From Candidatus Zhuqueibacterota bacterium (lineage in GTDB: Bacteria; Zhuqueibacterota; Zhuqueibacteria; Oceanimicrobiales; Oceanimicrobiaceae): 24,948 nucleotides of DNA. A program made the position numbers and the translations under genes. The notes under the pieces are model-generated. The model ran no database searches. It worked only from the letters and a program-made list of their open reading frames with translations, and was not told the origin of the DNA. The DNA is taken from NCBI GenBank assembly GCA_029262035.1, contig JAJDAE010000165.1, positions 1 through 24,948 of the forward strand, in the 5' to 3' direction. Below, in pieces: positions 15,184 to 24,765 of this stretch (its first letter is position 1; every line of letters starts with the position of its first letter).

Positions 15184-15210
15184 TAATCGGAAAAATTTGA
15201 AAATACTTGA
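15184..15210 (-). promoter_or_regulatory. Sigma28 (FliA)-like promoter candidate upstream of the FliF/FliG-like operon
   Basis: The minus strand reads TCAA-N15-TCCGATTA against the consensus TAAA-N15-GCCGATAA (9 of 12 positions). The -10 element ends 35 nt upstream of the ATG at 15148, which is sensible geometry. A chance match in AT-rich DNA is quite possible. Confidence 0.2.
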
Positions 15211-15436
15211 TTGGAAAGGGGGAGTTTCAGGGTGTGAGAAAAACTATTTAGTGGAATTCACATTTTTTTAAAATCTTGCAACTAAGTTTTAAGAAATATA
15301 TATTTGTGGAATTATTGAACATCAATTTGATGAACCAAAACGTCTTTTAAGTCGCAGCCCTCAAAAATCTACATTCGGACTCCGTCTTAATCATAAATTA
15401 AAACATCTCAACCTAAACCAATACTCTGGAGGAATT

Positions 15437-15739
15437 ATGTATATTGCAATGAATCGTTTTCGAATTGCCTTGGGAAAAGAAGAGATATTTACTCAGATAT
15501 GGAAGGATCGCGAAACCTTTGTTGACGAGGTTCCCGGATTCAAGGAATTTCATTTACTGCAAGGAACTACAGATGAGAGCTGTACTTTATTTGTTTCTCA
15601 CACAGTTTGGGAGTCTAAAGAAGCATTTGAGGCATGGACTAATTCAGAAGCATTTCGAAAGGCGCATGCAAGCGCCGGCGGCGCGAGGGATATTTACCTT
15701 GGTCCACCAAATTTTGAAGGATTCGAAGTCGTAATTTAA
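15437..15739 (+). CDS. Antibiotic biosynthesis monooxygenase (ABM) domain protein
   Basis: 100 aa of ferredoxin-like ABM pattern (MNRFRI..., PGFKEFHLLQG, FVSHTVWESKEAFEAWTNSEAFRKAH). GGAGG lies 5 nt upstream of the ATG. Confidence 0.85.
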   Translation: MYIAMNRFRIALGKEEIFTQIWKDRETFVDEVPGFKEFHLLQGTTDESCTLFVSHTVWESKEAFEAWTNSEAFRKAHASAGGARDIYLGPPNFEGFEVVI

Positions 15740-15757
15740 ACCGAAGGTTTCACTTGT

Positions 15758-16588
15758 ATGAAAAATTTCTGCTATGTTAACGGTGAAATCAAGTCAACAA
15801 GCGAAGGCGTAATCGGTATTTCGGATTTGGCGCTACAGCGGGGCTATGGCGTTTTCGATTTTGCGAGAACTCATAATGGTAAACTTTTTCACTTTGAAGA
15901 TCATATCGAGAGACTTCATCGTTCAGCAACTGCACTGCATCTGAAATTGCCGATTTCCGCTCGGGAAATCCGGGAAGTGGCAAACGAATTAATCGAAGCA
16001 AGCGAACTTACTACACCCTCTGTCAGGCTTGTTTTGACTGGTGGTTCCTCGCTGGATTCACCCATGCTTGCGCGTCCGAATTTTATTATTATTGCCGAAG
16101 AGCTGCCAACTTATCCGAGAGAAATATACAGTAAAGGGGCTAAAATAATCACTGTAAAATTTCAAAGAGAACTGCCACAGGTTAAGTCGTTAAATTATCT
16201 GAATGCTGTCCGGCTGGAACCACTCAAACGAGAAAAGAACGCGTTCGACATATTGTACCATTCGCACAACGGAATCACCGAGTGTCCCCGAAACAATTTT
16301 TTTGTTTTCATTGGCGATACTTTGGTTACACCCTCAGAATATATCCTGCAGGGTATTACGCGGAAACTGATTTTACAGCTTGCCGCAAACCACTTTTCAA
16401 TTGAAGAGCGAATGATTCGTTTTGAAGAACTTCAGGCCGTCGATGAGGCATTTGTTACTTCAACAAGTAAGTTTGTTGTTCCGATATCCAAAATTAATGA
16501 CCGGGAGATTGGTAGTGGTACGGTTGGCGTTCGAACAAAAGCAATCATGCAATTGTTTGAAGAATATTCAAATGGATACATATTTTAA
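15758..16588 (+). CDS. Class IV (fold type IV) PLP aminotransferase (branched-chain or D-amino-acid aminotransferase, or ADC-lyase family)
   Basis: GYGVFDFARTHNGKLFHFEDHIERLHRSA N-terminal motif. Catalytic-Lys context VKSLNYLNAV. C-terminal EAFVTSTS. 276 aa. Confidence 0.88.
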   Translation: MKNFCYVNGEIKSTSEGVIGISDLALQRGYGVFDFARTHNGKLFHFEDHIERLHRSATALHLKLPISAREIREVANELIEASELTTPSVRLVLTGGSSLDSPMLARPNFIIIAEELPTYPREIYSKGAKIITVKFQRELPQVKSLNYLNAVRLEPLKREKNAFDILYHSHNGITECPRNNFFVFIGDTLVTPSEYILQGITRKLILQLAANHFSIEERMIRFEELQAVDEAFVTSTSKFVVPISKINDREIGSGTVGVRTKAIMQLFEEYSNGYIF

Positions 16589-16675
16589 CTCACTGGCATG
16601 ACCCAAAAAATGATCTTGATGAAGTGATGGTCAAGCCATCCCCTAAAGCATTCTGGCGAATAATAAGCGAAGTCA

Positions 16676-17071
16676 ATGGCAAAACCTAAAACAACATGGC
16701 AACTCATGAATTGGGGGATCTACACCCAGTGGGATCGAGAAGCCAGAGAACTACCCCGGATTAAAGAAAGAACTTTTGATATTCCTGCCCAACTCGGCAT
16801 AGAGTTTGGTTATATCCTGCGAATCAAAAAAGGCAAAGGGAAGAAGATTCTCTTCAGGATTGAGCACCCGCCATTCCGCGATAAAAATGGTGATCCGGCG
16901 CCCCCTTTTACCGGCGAGATTTATATTAGAAGCAATGACTGGAATTTTTTTCTTGGCGATACAGTGTGGGAACCGGTTAACGACAAAGTAGGGTCATGGC
17001 GGCTTGTTGCAGAGATTGAAGGGACGACCATCGCTGACGAAACCTTTTTATTGTTTGAAACGGAGAACTAA
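16676..17071 (+). CDS. Hypothetical protein (possibly DUF3859-like)
   Basis: 131-aa ORF with no recognisable catalytic motif. Family assignment is a weak recollection only. Its stop lies 2 nt before the FKBP gene start, which suggests co-translation. Confidence 0.55.
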   Translation: MAKPKTTWQLMNWGIYTQWDREARELPRIKERTFDIPAQLGIEFGYILRIKKGKGKKILFRIEHPPFRDKNGDPAPPFTGEIYIRSNDWNFFLGDTVWEPVNDKVGSWRLVAEIEGTTIADETFLLFETEN

Positions 17072-17073
17072 CC

Positions 17074-17511
17074 TTGGCAAGGGGCGGAACCAAGCGCAAA
17101 AGTAAAGGAACTCAGGGATTTAATCGCAAGAACTCCGAAGAGTTTCTTTCAAAGAATCGAAAGAAAGCCGACGTTAAAGTTACCGACTCAGGACTCCAGT
17201 ATCTTATAATTGAGGAAGGGGTTGGCGAAAGACCGACCGAAGAAAGCACCGTCGAAGTTCAACAACGGATCACTTTGATCGACGGTACCATCATCGCCGA
17301 CACCTACAAGGAACGGGAACCGGCGACTTTCACCATGCAAGAGGCCATCGCTGGCTATCGTGAAGGATTGATCCTAATGAAAAAGGGGAGTCGCTATCGG
17401 CTATTCATTCCACCTGAACTTGCCTGGGGCAAGCGTGGAGCAGGAAACAAGATCGGCGCCAACGCAGTATTGATTATTGACGCCAGACTCGTGGATATTA
17501 TGCCGGAATAG
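17074..17511 (+). CDS. FKBP-type peptidyl-prolyl cis-trans isomerase (Mip/FkpA-like core, no signal peptide)
   Basis: SGLQYLIIEEGVGERP..., FTMQEAIAGYREGLILMKKGSRYRLFIPPELAWGKRGAG..IGANAVLIIDARLVDI. TTG start with GGAG 9 nt upstream. Basic N-terminal tail. Confidence 0.85.
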   Translation: MARGGTKRKSKGTQGFNRKNSEEFLSKNRKKADVKVTDSGLQYLIIEEGVGERPTEESTVEVQQRITLIDGTIIADTYKEREPATFTMQEAIAGYREGLILMKKGSRYRLFIPPELAWGKRGAGNKIGANAVLIIDARLVDIMPE

Positions 17512-17558
17512 AAACAAACCTGCGTTAGTTTGCTCTCTTTACAGAAAATTGCGAGAGA

Positions 17559-19319
17559 CTATTTCTTTTTCTTCTTGGGTCGTTTCCCATCTTTTTTTTT
17601 GAACTTTTTCTCTTTTTTGAAATCGTCTGGAGGACTGGTTGAAAACTCCTTCATCTTCGAAATATTTAGTTGTTGTCCTGCCACCCAAATTTTTCTTAAT
17701 AATTTAAAAACATCCTTCGGCATACCTTCCGGTAGATCGACGGTGCTGTAGTCATCATGAATATTAATGCGGCCGATATACTGGCTGTCTATTTCAGCTT
17801 CATTGGCGATTGCACCCACAATATTGCCCGGCTTTACATCATGCACATGGCCTACTTCCAGGCGAAAACGTTCCATGCCTTCTTCCGGCTTGCTGTCTTT
17901 TCTGGGCGCTCTGCTTTTTCCGGAGGATGATTTTTCAAATGGTTTATCAAAAGATTTTTCGAAGGACCTTTCTTTTATGCGTTTTGGTGATTTATCCAGC
18001 AACAACGGTTCATCCCCTTGGGCTATTTGAGCCAAAGCTGCCGCTATATCCAGGGCGGGCACGTTGTGTTCTTGCCGGTATTGTTCAACTATTTCTGAGA
18101 AGAACTTCAAATTATTAGCGCCCAAAGTGTCGGTTATGCGTTGCTTAAAAGCTGCAATCCGCTTGTCATTTATCGCTTCGGTTGTGGGCATGTCCATCAG
18201 CGCAATTTTTTGTCGGGTCGCACTTTCTATGGATTTCAACATTCTTCGTTCTCTCGGAGCGACAAATAAAATTGCTTCACCGCTGCGTCCGGCTCGACCG
18301 GTACGACCGATACGGTGAATGTAGGCCTCCGTGTCATAAGGAATATCATAGTTTAGTACATGGCTAATTCGGTCAACATCCAGGCCGCGTGCTGCCACAT
18401 CGGTTGCCACCAAAATATCTATTTTCCCTGCCTTTAATTTTTCTACGGTACGCTCCCGCTGCTTTTGTGCGATTTCTCCATTCAGGGGCGAAGCCTCATA
18501 ACCGCGTGCACCAAGTCTTTCGGAAAGCTCAACTGTGGCTATTCTGGTTCGTACAAAAATGAGCATGGCGTCAAACGGTTCCGCTTCCAGAATTCGGGTA
18601 AGCGCTTCAATTTTGTGGGCTCCGGTCACCATCCAGTAACGCTGGCGGGTGGTTTCAACAGTGGTGGTGCGCGCTTTAATTGTGATCTCTTTTGCGTCCT
18701 TCAGGTATTTTTGTGCGATCTTCCGGATCCGTGTTGGCATTGTAGCAGAAAACAGCGCCTTCTGACAACTTGGCGGAGTTTGCTCAAGTACCCATTCCAC
18801 GTCATCAATAAAGCCCATCCGCAACATTTCGTCCGCTTCGTCGAGAACAAGACATTGCAAAGCGTCCACTTTGAGCGTGCCTCGTTTCAAATGATCGATA
18901 ACTCTTCCCGGGGTGCCAACAATAACATGCACACCTCGTTTTAACTGACGTAGTTGAATGCCATATTCTTGGCCGCCATAAATTGGCAGCACATGAAAAT
19001 TTCTCAACTTCGAAGCATATTTCTTGAAGGCCTCGGCAACTTGTATCGCTAACTCTCTGGTTGGGGCAAGTACTAAAACTTGTGGTTTGTAATGCTTTAT
19101 ATCAATGTTTGATAATAACGGCATTGCAAAAGCTGCGGTTTTGCCTGTACCTGTTTGAGCCTGGCCAATGACGTCCGCGCCTGATAAAAGCACCGGTATT
19201 GTTTTTTCCTGAATAGGCGATGGCGTCTCGTAACCCACTGCTTTTAAAGATTTGAGTACTGGTTCGGAAAGACCTAAATCTTCAAACCGCATTTCTAAGT
19301 TTAATTTTGAATCTGACAT
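17559..19319 (-). CDS. deaD: DEAD-box ATP-dependent RNA helicase, DeaD/CsdA-like, with a DbpA-type RNA-binding domain and a Lys-rich tail
   Basis: Motifs AQTGTGKT, PTRELA, DEAD (VLDEADEML), SAT and HRIGRTGRAG. C-terminal RFRLEVGHVHDVKPGNIVGAIANEA... domain. Terminal KKEKKFKKKDGKRPKKKKK. Confidence 0.93.
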   Translation of the reverse strand: MSDSKLNLEMRFEDLGLSEPVLKSLKAVGYETPSPIQEKTIPVLLSGADVIGQAQTGTGKTAAFAMPLLSNIDIKHYKPQVLVLAPTRELAIQVAEAFKKYASKLRNFHVLPIYGGQEYGIQLRQLKRGVHVIVGTPGRVIDHLKRGTLKVDALQCLVLDEADEMLRMGFIDDVEWVLEQTPPSCQKALFSATMPTRIRKIAQKYLKDAKEITIKARTTTVETTRQRYWMVTGAHKIEALTRILEAEPFDAMLIFVRTRIATVELSERLGARGYEASPLNGEIAQKQRERTVEKLKAGKIDILVATDVAARGLDVDRISHVLNYDIPYDTEAYIHRIGRTGRAGRSGEAILFVAPRERRMLKSIESATRQKIALMDMPTTEAINDKRIAAFKQRITDTLGANNLKFFSEIVEQYRQEHNVPALDIAAALAQIAQGDEPLLLDKSPKRIKERSFEKSFDKPFEKSSSGKSRAPRKDSKPEEGMERFRLEVGHVHDVKPGNIVGAIANEAEIDSQYIGRINIHDDYSTVDLPEGMPKDVFKLLRKIWVAGQQLNISKMKEFSTSPPDDFKKEKKFKKKDGKRPKKKKK

Positions 19320-19436
19320 TGAAACTCCTAAAACTTCTTATTTTTTTGCAAAGAGGCACAAGGACTGTGTGGAAAATTCTCTCACATGTCTTGCTTGAAT
19401 TCCTCAAAGCATTTAATATTTCTTTATTAATTCTAA

Positions 19437-20501
19437 CTAAAAAATTCTATAATTCTTTAACCCCCAGGCAATTTCCCGGGAGGTTACCTTTATGATGCTG
19501 GCAACCGGCACAGCTAAAAGCATACCGAAAAGTCCTAACAACTGCCCGCCTATTAGAATAACGATGATGATTGTGAGAGGATGCAGTTCAACACTTTTTG
19601 ACACAATAAAGGGGGAGACGAACACGTTCTCAAATAACTGAATCGTTGCAAAAGCAACGGCAACGGCGGCAATTGCACCCATGGTTCCTGTGTCGAGCAC
19701 AGCAATAATTATGGCTGGCGTGGCGCCCACAACAGGCCCGAAATAAGGAATCATATTTGCGAGACCGGCAAGCGCGCCAATAAAAAAATAATACCTGATT
19801 TCTAAAAGATAGAGCGCTAGTATGCTGAGCGAACCAACGATCAACGCCACCAATAGCTGACCACGAATGTACCGCCCAAGCTGTGTATTTATTTTGTGGA
19901 TGATGATCAGCGACATTTCAAAGTAGCGATTGGGCACCCAACTGATGATCGCCTTTTTCATGCGGCGGCCATCCTTCAAAAAGAAAAATGTAATAAAAGC
20001 CAGCATTATCATTGAAACAACAGCTGAGAGAATATCAAACACAACGGTAAAACTGTTTTCTAAAATACTGGTGAGTTTCATTTTAATTTTTTGCTGAACG
20101 TCCTGATTCGATAGAAACGGAACATCTCCAAATTTTTCAGAGATTTTGTCCATAACTTCGCCCGGTGATTCACTGTTGAATCCGGCGCTGAGTTCTTTGA
20201 TTTCATGGGATACAACCGGTGCGAGAAATTTGAATCCAGCCACAGCCAGAAAAATAATCAATGCGAAAACCAGGATGGAGCCAACCAGGCGCTGGATACC
20301 CCGGTTTTCAAGGAAATTAACCATGGGGTCCAAAATCAGTGATAGGAACAAGGCTATGATCACAATATTGATGACAGAGTGCAAAGCCGGCACTATCCAT
20401 AAAAGTGAGGCTATAACTGAAAGAGCCACCAAAAACAGAATAATATTCCGCATAAGCTTCGGCGAAAATTTTATTGTGAAATTATTTTGGATGTTTTCCA
20501 T
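19437..20501 (-). CDS. AI-2E family transporter (PerM/UPF0118)
   Basis: 354 aa with about 8 hydrophobic helices. Family-typical LANMIPYFGPVVGATPAIIIA segment. Confidence 0.85.
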   Translation of the reverse strand: MENIQNNFTIKFSPKLMRNIILFLVALSVIASLLWIVPALHSVINIVIIALFLSLILDPMVNFLENRGIQRLVGSILVFALIIFLAVAGFKFLAPVVSHEIKELSAGFNSESPGEVMDKISEKFGDVPFLSNQDVQQKIKMKLTSILENSFTVVFDILSAVVSMIMLAFITFFFLKDGRRMKKAIISWVPNRYFEMSLIIIHKINTQLGRYIRGQLLVALIVGSLSILALYLLEIRYYFFIGALAGLANMIPYFGPVVGATPAIIIAVLDTGTMGAIAAVAVAFATIQLFENVFVSPFIVSKSVELHPLTIIIVILIGGQLLGLFGMLLAVPVASIIKVTSREIAWGLKNYRIF

Positions 20502-20548
20502 AGATGCGTGGTGTTAGACTTTATAATCGTATATGATTTTCATTTTTT

Positions 20549-21118
20549 CTAAGTTATAATCTTTTGCTCATCGAGTTTTTCCCACACCTCTTCAAGCTCT
20601 TTGTTGGTGTGTTTAAGCCGTTCACCGATGAGGTGAGCTAATTCAAAAAGCAGCTTATTGCCCAGCCTGGGTTTACGATTCATTAATTCGATTAGGTCAG
20701 GACGAAATAAACCCAGAATACTGGTTTCTTCAGTTGCCTCAGCAGCAGCAGACCTTGGCGACTCATCCAATAGTGCGAGTTCGCCAAAAAACTCACCTTT
20801 TTTTAGTTCGGCCAATTTTTCCTTTTTGCCATTATCCTGCATTTTATTGATAATCACGCTGCCTTCCCGAATGATGTACATACCCACGCCCGGTTCGCCT
20901 TCGAAAAAAATATTTTCATCCGTTTTGTAATTTCTCCGATGAATAATTTTTTCAAGATCGTTCAATTGGGATTTACTCATTTTTTTAAACAGAGGCACCT
21001 TTTTAAGTAATGCAATGGCGGTTTCTTTTTGGCTATTTTCATTCTTAAAAATATTCCCCCAGATTGCATCGCCAACATGAAACGGCATCTGGGGCTTCGA
21101 GGGTTTCTTTGCTGCCAT
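20549..21118 (-). CDS. Cyclic nucleotide-binding domain protein (no DNA-binding domain)
   Basis: cNMP-binding beta-roll motifs (IFFEGEPGVGMYIIREGSV, FFGELALLDESPRSAAAEA). At 189 aa it lacks a Crp-type HTH. Confidence 0.85.
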   Translation of the reverse strand: MAAKKPSKPQMPFHVGDAIWGNIFKNENSQKETAIALLKKVPLFKKMSKSQLNDLEKIIHRRNYKTDENIFFEGEPGVGMYIIREGSVIINKMQDNGKKEKLAELKKGEFFGELALLDESPRSAAAEATEETSILGLFRPDLIELMNRKPRLGNKLLFELAHLIGERLKHTNKELEEVWEKLDEQKIIT

Positions 21119-21437
21119 AATCCTGCCTTGATTTTAAATCGCGGTAAATATAATTAAATTCAACGCTTTAGTCAATATAGATCTATACATTCGTTCGTTT
21201 ATTTTTGGTAACCTTTCAAACCGATAAATGACTGCCCCCAATAATCTCACAAACCCTCTCTCTCAACCCTAGATAAAAACCGGTGTAACATTTGCAAAAT
21301 ACCCCCGTAACAGTTTATTGCAAATAGTTAGGGTCTGCATTTAAACTTTCAATTACGACAATTTTAGTTTCGGAATTTGGAGATTATTTATCTCTGTTTC
21401 GATGGTTTATCAAAAAACAATTTGAGGAGTAGCGGCT

Positions 21438-22706
21438 ATGTCAAAGAAAAAAATTATCATTTTTTCATCAGCGGTTGTTTTAATACTTCTGGTGGGTTTT
21501 CTTATCAATGTTAAAAACGGAAAAACCGACGAGATAGAAGTACAAACAGCCCAGGTAAAGCGTGGGCAGATAATTGAAACTGTGAACGCAACCGGTAGAA
21601 TTCAGCCTAAAACCCAGGTGAAAATCAGCGCCGATGTGGCTGCCAAAATTACTCATCTCGAAGTAGAAGAGGGAGACTGGGTTGAAAAGGGCACACTCCT
21701 GGTTGAACTGGATAAAGAGAATTATCGTGCCGCCGTTGAAAGCGCAGAAGCGAACCGCCGCTCAAACGAGTCCAATGCGCTGCTGGCCAAAGAAAATATG
21801 TTGAAAACGCAGAAAGATTTTGAACGTACTAAGGAGCTTTTTGCTAAGGACCTGGAATCACAAGCAACGCTTGACCAAATGTCAGCGGCGTATCAGGTTG
21901 AAAAAGCACGGTATCAATCTACGTTAGATATTGTTGCACAAGCAGAAGCATCCTTAAAGCAAGCCAAAGATAATTTCTCCAAAACCACAATTTATGCACC
22001 GATGTCCGGTACCATCAGTGAGTTGAATAAAGAAGTGGGTGAAATCGCGCTCGGTTCTCAGTTTCAGGAAGATGTTATCTTGATAGTTTCCGATCTGGCC
22101 GGAATGGAAGCTGAAGTTAATGTTGATGAAAATGATATCGTCTCCGTTTCTCTCGGCGATACCGCAACTATTGAAGTGGATGCATTACCGGATGTAAAAT
22201 TTAAAGGCATTGTTTCTGAAATTGCCAGTAGCGCAACCATAACCGGCAATGGCACTGCCGACCAGAAAACCGAATTCGAAGTTACAATTGCCGTTCTGGA
22301 ACCTGGCGAACGCCTGCGCCCCGGTATGACAGCAAGCGCTGATGTTATCACCGATATTAAAGAAAATGTTCTAAATATCCCAATTCAAAGTGTTGCTCTA
22401 AGGACGGTAGAGCAATTGCAGGAAGAAACTGATGGTGACAGCGGAGAAGCAATTGCCGATGACCTGCCAAAATCTGAATATACACCGGACAAAGATGGTT
22501 TTGTTCAGGTTGCTTTTGTAATTGAAGATGGAGTTTCACTGGCAAAACAAGTAATAACGGGCATTCAAAGTGAGAATGATATAGAAATTACGAACGGGCT
22601 CGGCGAGGATGAAGATGTTGTAATTGGCAGTTATCGCGCTATCAGTAAAGATTTGCAAAACGGAACTGAAGTTATAATCGGTGATGGTAAAAAAGACGAA
22701 AAGTAG
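21438..22706 (+). CDS. Efflux transporter periplasmic adaptor subunit (HlyD/MacA family)
   Basis: N-terminal TM anchor, lipoyl-like halves (TGRIQPKTQVKISADVAAKITHLEVEEGDWVEKGTLLVELD ... IYAPMSGTISE), a long coiled-coil hairpin and a beta-barrel domain. GAGGAG RBS. Confidence 0.9.
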   Translation: MSKKKIIIFSSAVVLILLVGFLINVKNGKTDEIEVQTAQVKRGQIIETVNATGRIQPKTQVKISADVAAKITHLEVEEGDWVEKGTLLVELDKENYRAAVESAEANRRSNESNALLAKENMLKTQKDFERTKELFAKDLESQATLDQMSAAYQVEKARYQSTLDIVAQAEASLKQAKDNFSKTTIYAPMSGTISELNKEVGEIALGSQFQEDVILIVSDLAGMEAEVNVDENDIVSVSLGDTATIEVDALPDVKFKGIVSEIASSATITGNGTADQKTEFEVTIAVLEPGERLRPGMTASADVITDIKENVLNIPIQSVALRTVEQLQEETDGDSGEAIADDLPKSEYTPDKDGFVQVAFVIEDGVSLAKQVITGIQSENDIEITNGLGEDEDVVIGSYRAISKDLQNGTEVIIGDGKKDEK

Positions 22707-22718
22707 TTGAGGATAAAA

Positions 22719-23432
22719 ATGGCATTAAATATTCAAAATATCTCAAAAAAATATGTAATGGGCATCGAGGAAGTACACGCTCTGAAAGATGTTTCCTTGA
22801 AGATTGATAACAACGAATATGTCGCGATAATGGGACCCAGCGGTTCGGGTAAATCAACTATGATGAATATACTCGGCTGCCTGGACATCCCGACAACCGG
22901 CACCTATCATCTCGAAGATGAAGACGTCAGCGAAATGGATGATGATCAACTTGCGGACGTTCGCAACCGAAAAATTGGATTTGTATTCCAGACGTTTAAT
23001 CTGATCCCTCGCGCGGATGTTTTTCACAATGTGGAGTTGCCTTTGATTTATGGCAACATTGTGCCGCAAAAAAGAAAAGTTATGACCGATGAGGCGATTG
23101 AAAAAGTCGGCCTTACGGACAGAGCGCACCACAAGCCGAATGAACTCTCCGGTGGACAGCGCCAAAGGGTTGCCATTGCGCGTGCCCTGGTAAACAACCC
23201 GGCGATAATCTTCGCAGATGAACCCACAGGTAACCTGGACAGCGTAACCGGCCGGGAAATCATGGGGATTCTCGACGGTCTGCATCGGGCCGGCAATACA
23301 ATTATTCTTGTAACCCACGAAAAGGAAATCGCCGAACATGCACACCGGATTATCTGGTTACGTGACGGGCTGATTGAATCGGACACGGTGACACAACGTG
23401 CTGCCGCTACGATGGAAATTGTAAATAATTAG
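22719..23432 (+). CDS. ABC transporter ATP-binding protein (MacB/LolD-type stand-alone ATPase)
   Basis: Walker [11 protein letters not shown]-loop, signature LSGGQRQR, Walker [10 protein letters not shown]-loop VTHE. ATG at 22719 preferred over the track's TTG at 22707 because GAGG lies 6 nt upstream. Confidence 0.94.
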   Translation: MALNIQNISKKYVMGIEEVHALKDVSLKIDNNEYVAIMGPSGSGKSTMMNILGCLDIPTTGTYHLEDEDVSEMDDDQLADVRNRKIGFVFQTFNLIPRADVFHNVELPLIYGNIVPQKRKVMTDEAIEKVGLTDRAHHKPNELSGGQRQRVAIARALVNNPAIIFADEPTGNLDSVTGREIMGILDGLHRAGNTIILVTHEKEIAEHAHRIIWLRDGLIESDTVTQRAAATMEIVNN

Positions 23433-23499
23433 AAATTAATTTATTGCCGCGCCTGGTAAAATTCTGACACGTTTAAATCCAGCCGGTAGGAAAAGACAC

Positions 23500-24735
23500 A
23501 TGAGAAAATTCTACTCGACAACAGCAGCATTTCGTATTGCTCTGGAAGCCATACGCGCAAATAAATCCCGTGGCATTTTAACCACGCTGGGTATTGTGAT
23601 CGGTATTGTGGCTGTGGTCACAACCATGACGGCCGCCAACGGGCTCGGCAATCGATTTAAAGAAAGCGTTTCGGCATTGGGCTCTGACGTACTTTATGTC
23701 TCACGCCGGCCATGGGTTTTTAGCGGTAACTTTTTTCAATTCCGCAACCGCCAAAACTTGCAGATGCGGGAGGCACAAAAACTTAATACCGGTTTAAAAA
23801 ATGCGTTGGCGATTAACCCAACCACAAATACAAATAAAAATGTGAAATACCTCTCCAAAACCCTGGAAGCAATAAATATCATTGGTACAACGGAAAAACA
23901 CATGGTGGTTTCTTCATCCGTTCCGGAGAGCGGGCGTTTTCTCACCGGGTTCGACATTCAGTCTAAGAAAAGGGTTTGTGTGATCGGTTCAGAAATAAAG
24001 GAAAATCTTTTTGGTGACATTGAACCCATCAACAAAAAAATGAAACTGGGTCGTTACACTTACCGCGTGGTTGGCGTGATGGAAGAGCAGGGCAGCGCGG
24101 GTTTTTTTGGCGGACCGAATTTTGACCGACAGATTTTTGTGCCCATCACTTCATTTATGAGTTCCTTTGGCAGCCATAATCGTGATTTTAATATTGCCGT
24201 AAAGGCAGCTCCAGGCGTTGTATTGGCCGACTTTGAGTATGAGGTTATCGGGGAAATGCGAAAAATCCGCAAGCTCAAACCAACTGAAGAAGATGATTTT
24301 TCAATTAACCAGATGAATCAATTGGTGGGTGCTTACAATAATGTGATGGGGGTAATAGTCATAATCGGGCTGGTTATCACCGGCATTTCATTATTTGTTG
24401 GCGGTATCGGTGTGATGAATATTATGTTCGTTTCGGTGACTGAGCGTACCAAAGAGATTGGCGTCCGAAAAGCCATCGGCGCGAAAAGGAAATCTATTTT
24501 AACGCAATTTCTGTTTGAGTCTTCAACCATTTGTCTAATTGGCGGCGTATTTGGTATTGTGCTTTCTTTCGGCATTACTGCCTTGATTAATAAACTTGTC
24601 ATGCCTGCCACCATTTCATTGCCAATTGTTTTTGTAGCACTTTTGGTTTCGGTATTAACCGGCATTTTTTCCGGATTTATACCCGCTTTTAAAGCCTCAA
24701 AACTCAACCCGACCGAAGCCTTGCGTTATGAATAA
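23500..24735 (+). CDS. ABC transporter permease (MacB_PCD plus FtsX domain)
   Basis: N-terminal TM (GILTTLGIVIGIVAVV), a ~230-aa periplasmic domain, then the FtsX domain with KEIGVRKAIGAKRKSI and a C-terminal LRYE. Confidence 0.9.
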   Translation: MRKFYSTTAAFRIALEAIRANKSRGILTTLGIVIGIVAVVTTMTAANGLGNRFKESVSALGSDVLYVSRRPWVFSGNFFQFRNRQNLQMREAQKLNTGLKNALAINPTTNTNKNVKYLSKTLEAINIIGTTEKHMVVSSSVPESGRFLTGFDIQSKKRVCVIGSEIKENLFGDIEPINKKMKLGRYTYRVVGVMEEQGSAGFFGGPNFDRQIFVPITSFMSSFGSHNRDFNIAVKAAPGVVLADFEYEVIGEMRKIRKLKPTEEDDFSINQMNQLVGAYNNVMGVIVIIGLVITGISLFVGGIGVMNIMFVSVTERTKEIGVRKAIGAKRKSILTQFLFESSTICLIGGVFGIVLSFGITALINKLVMPATISLPIVFVALLVSVLTGIFSGFIPAFKASKLNPTEALRYE

Positions 24736-24765
24736 AAAATTCGAATTAATTATCCGGGTAGCATC

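Noticed and set aside
17512-17558. Bidirectional terminator between the convergent FKBP and helicase genes
   Set aside because: Only 5-bp stems (CAAAC/GTTTG, CTCTC/GAGAG) can be drawn, which is too weak to call.
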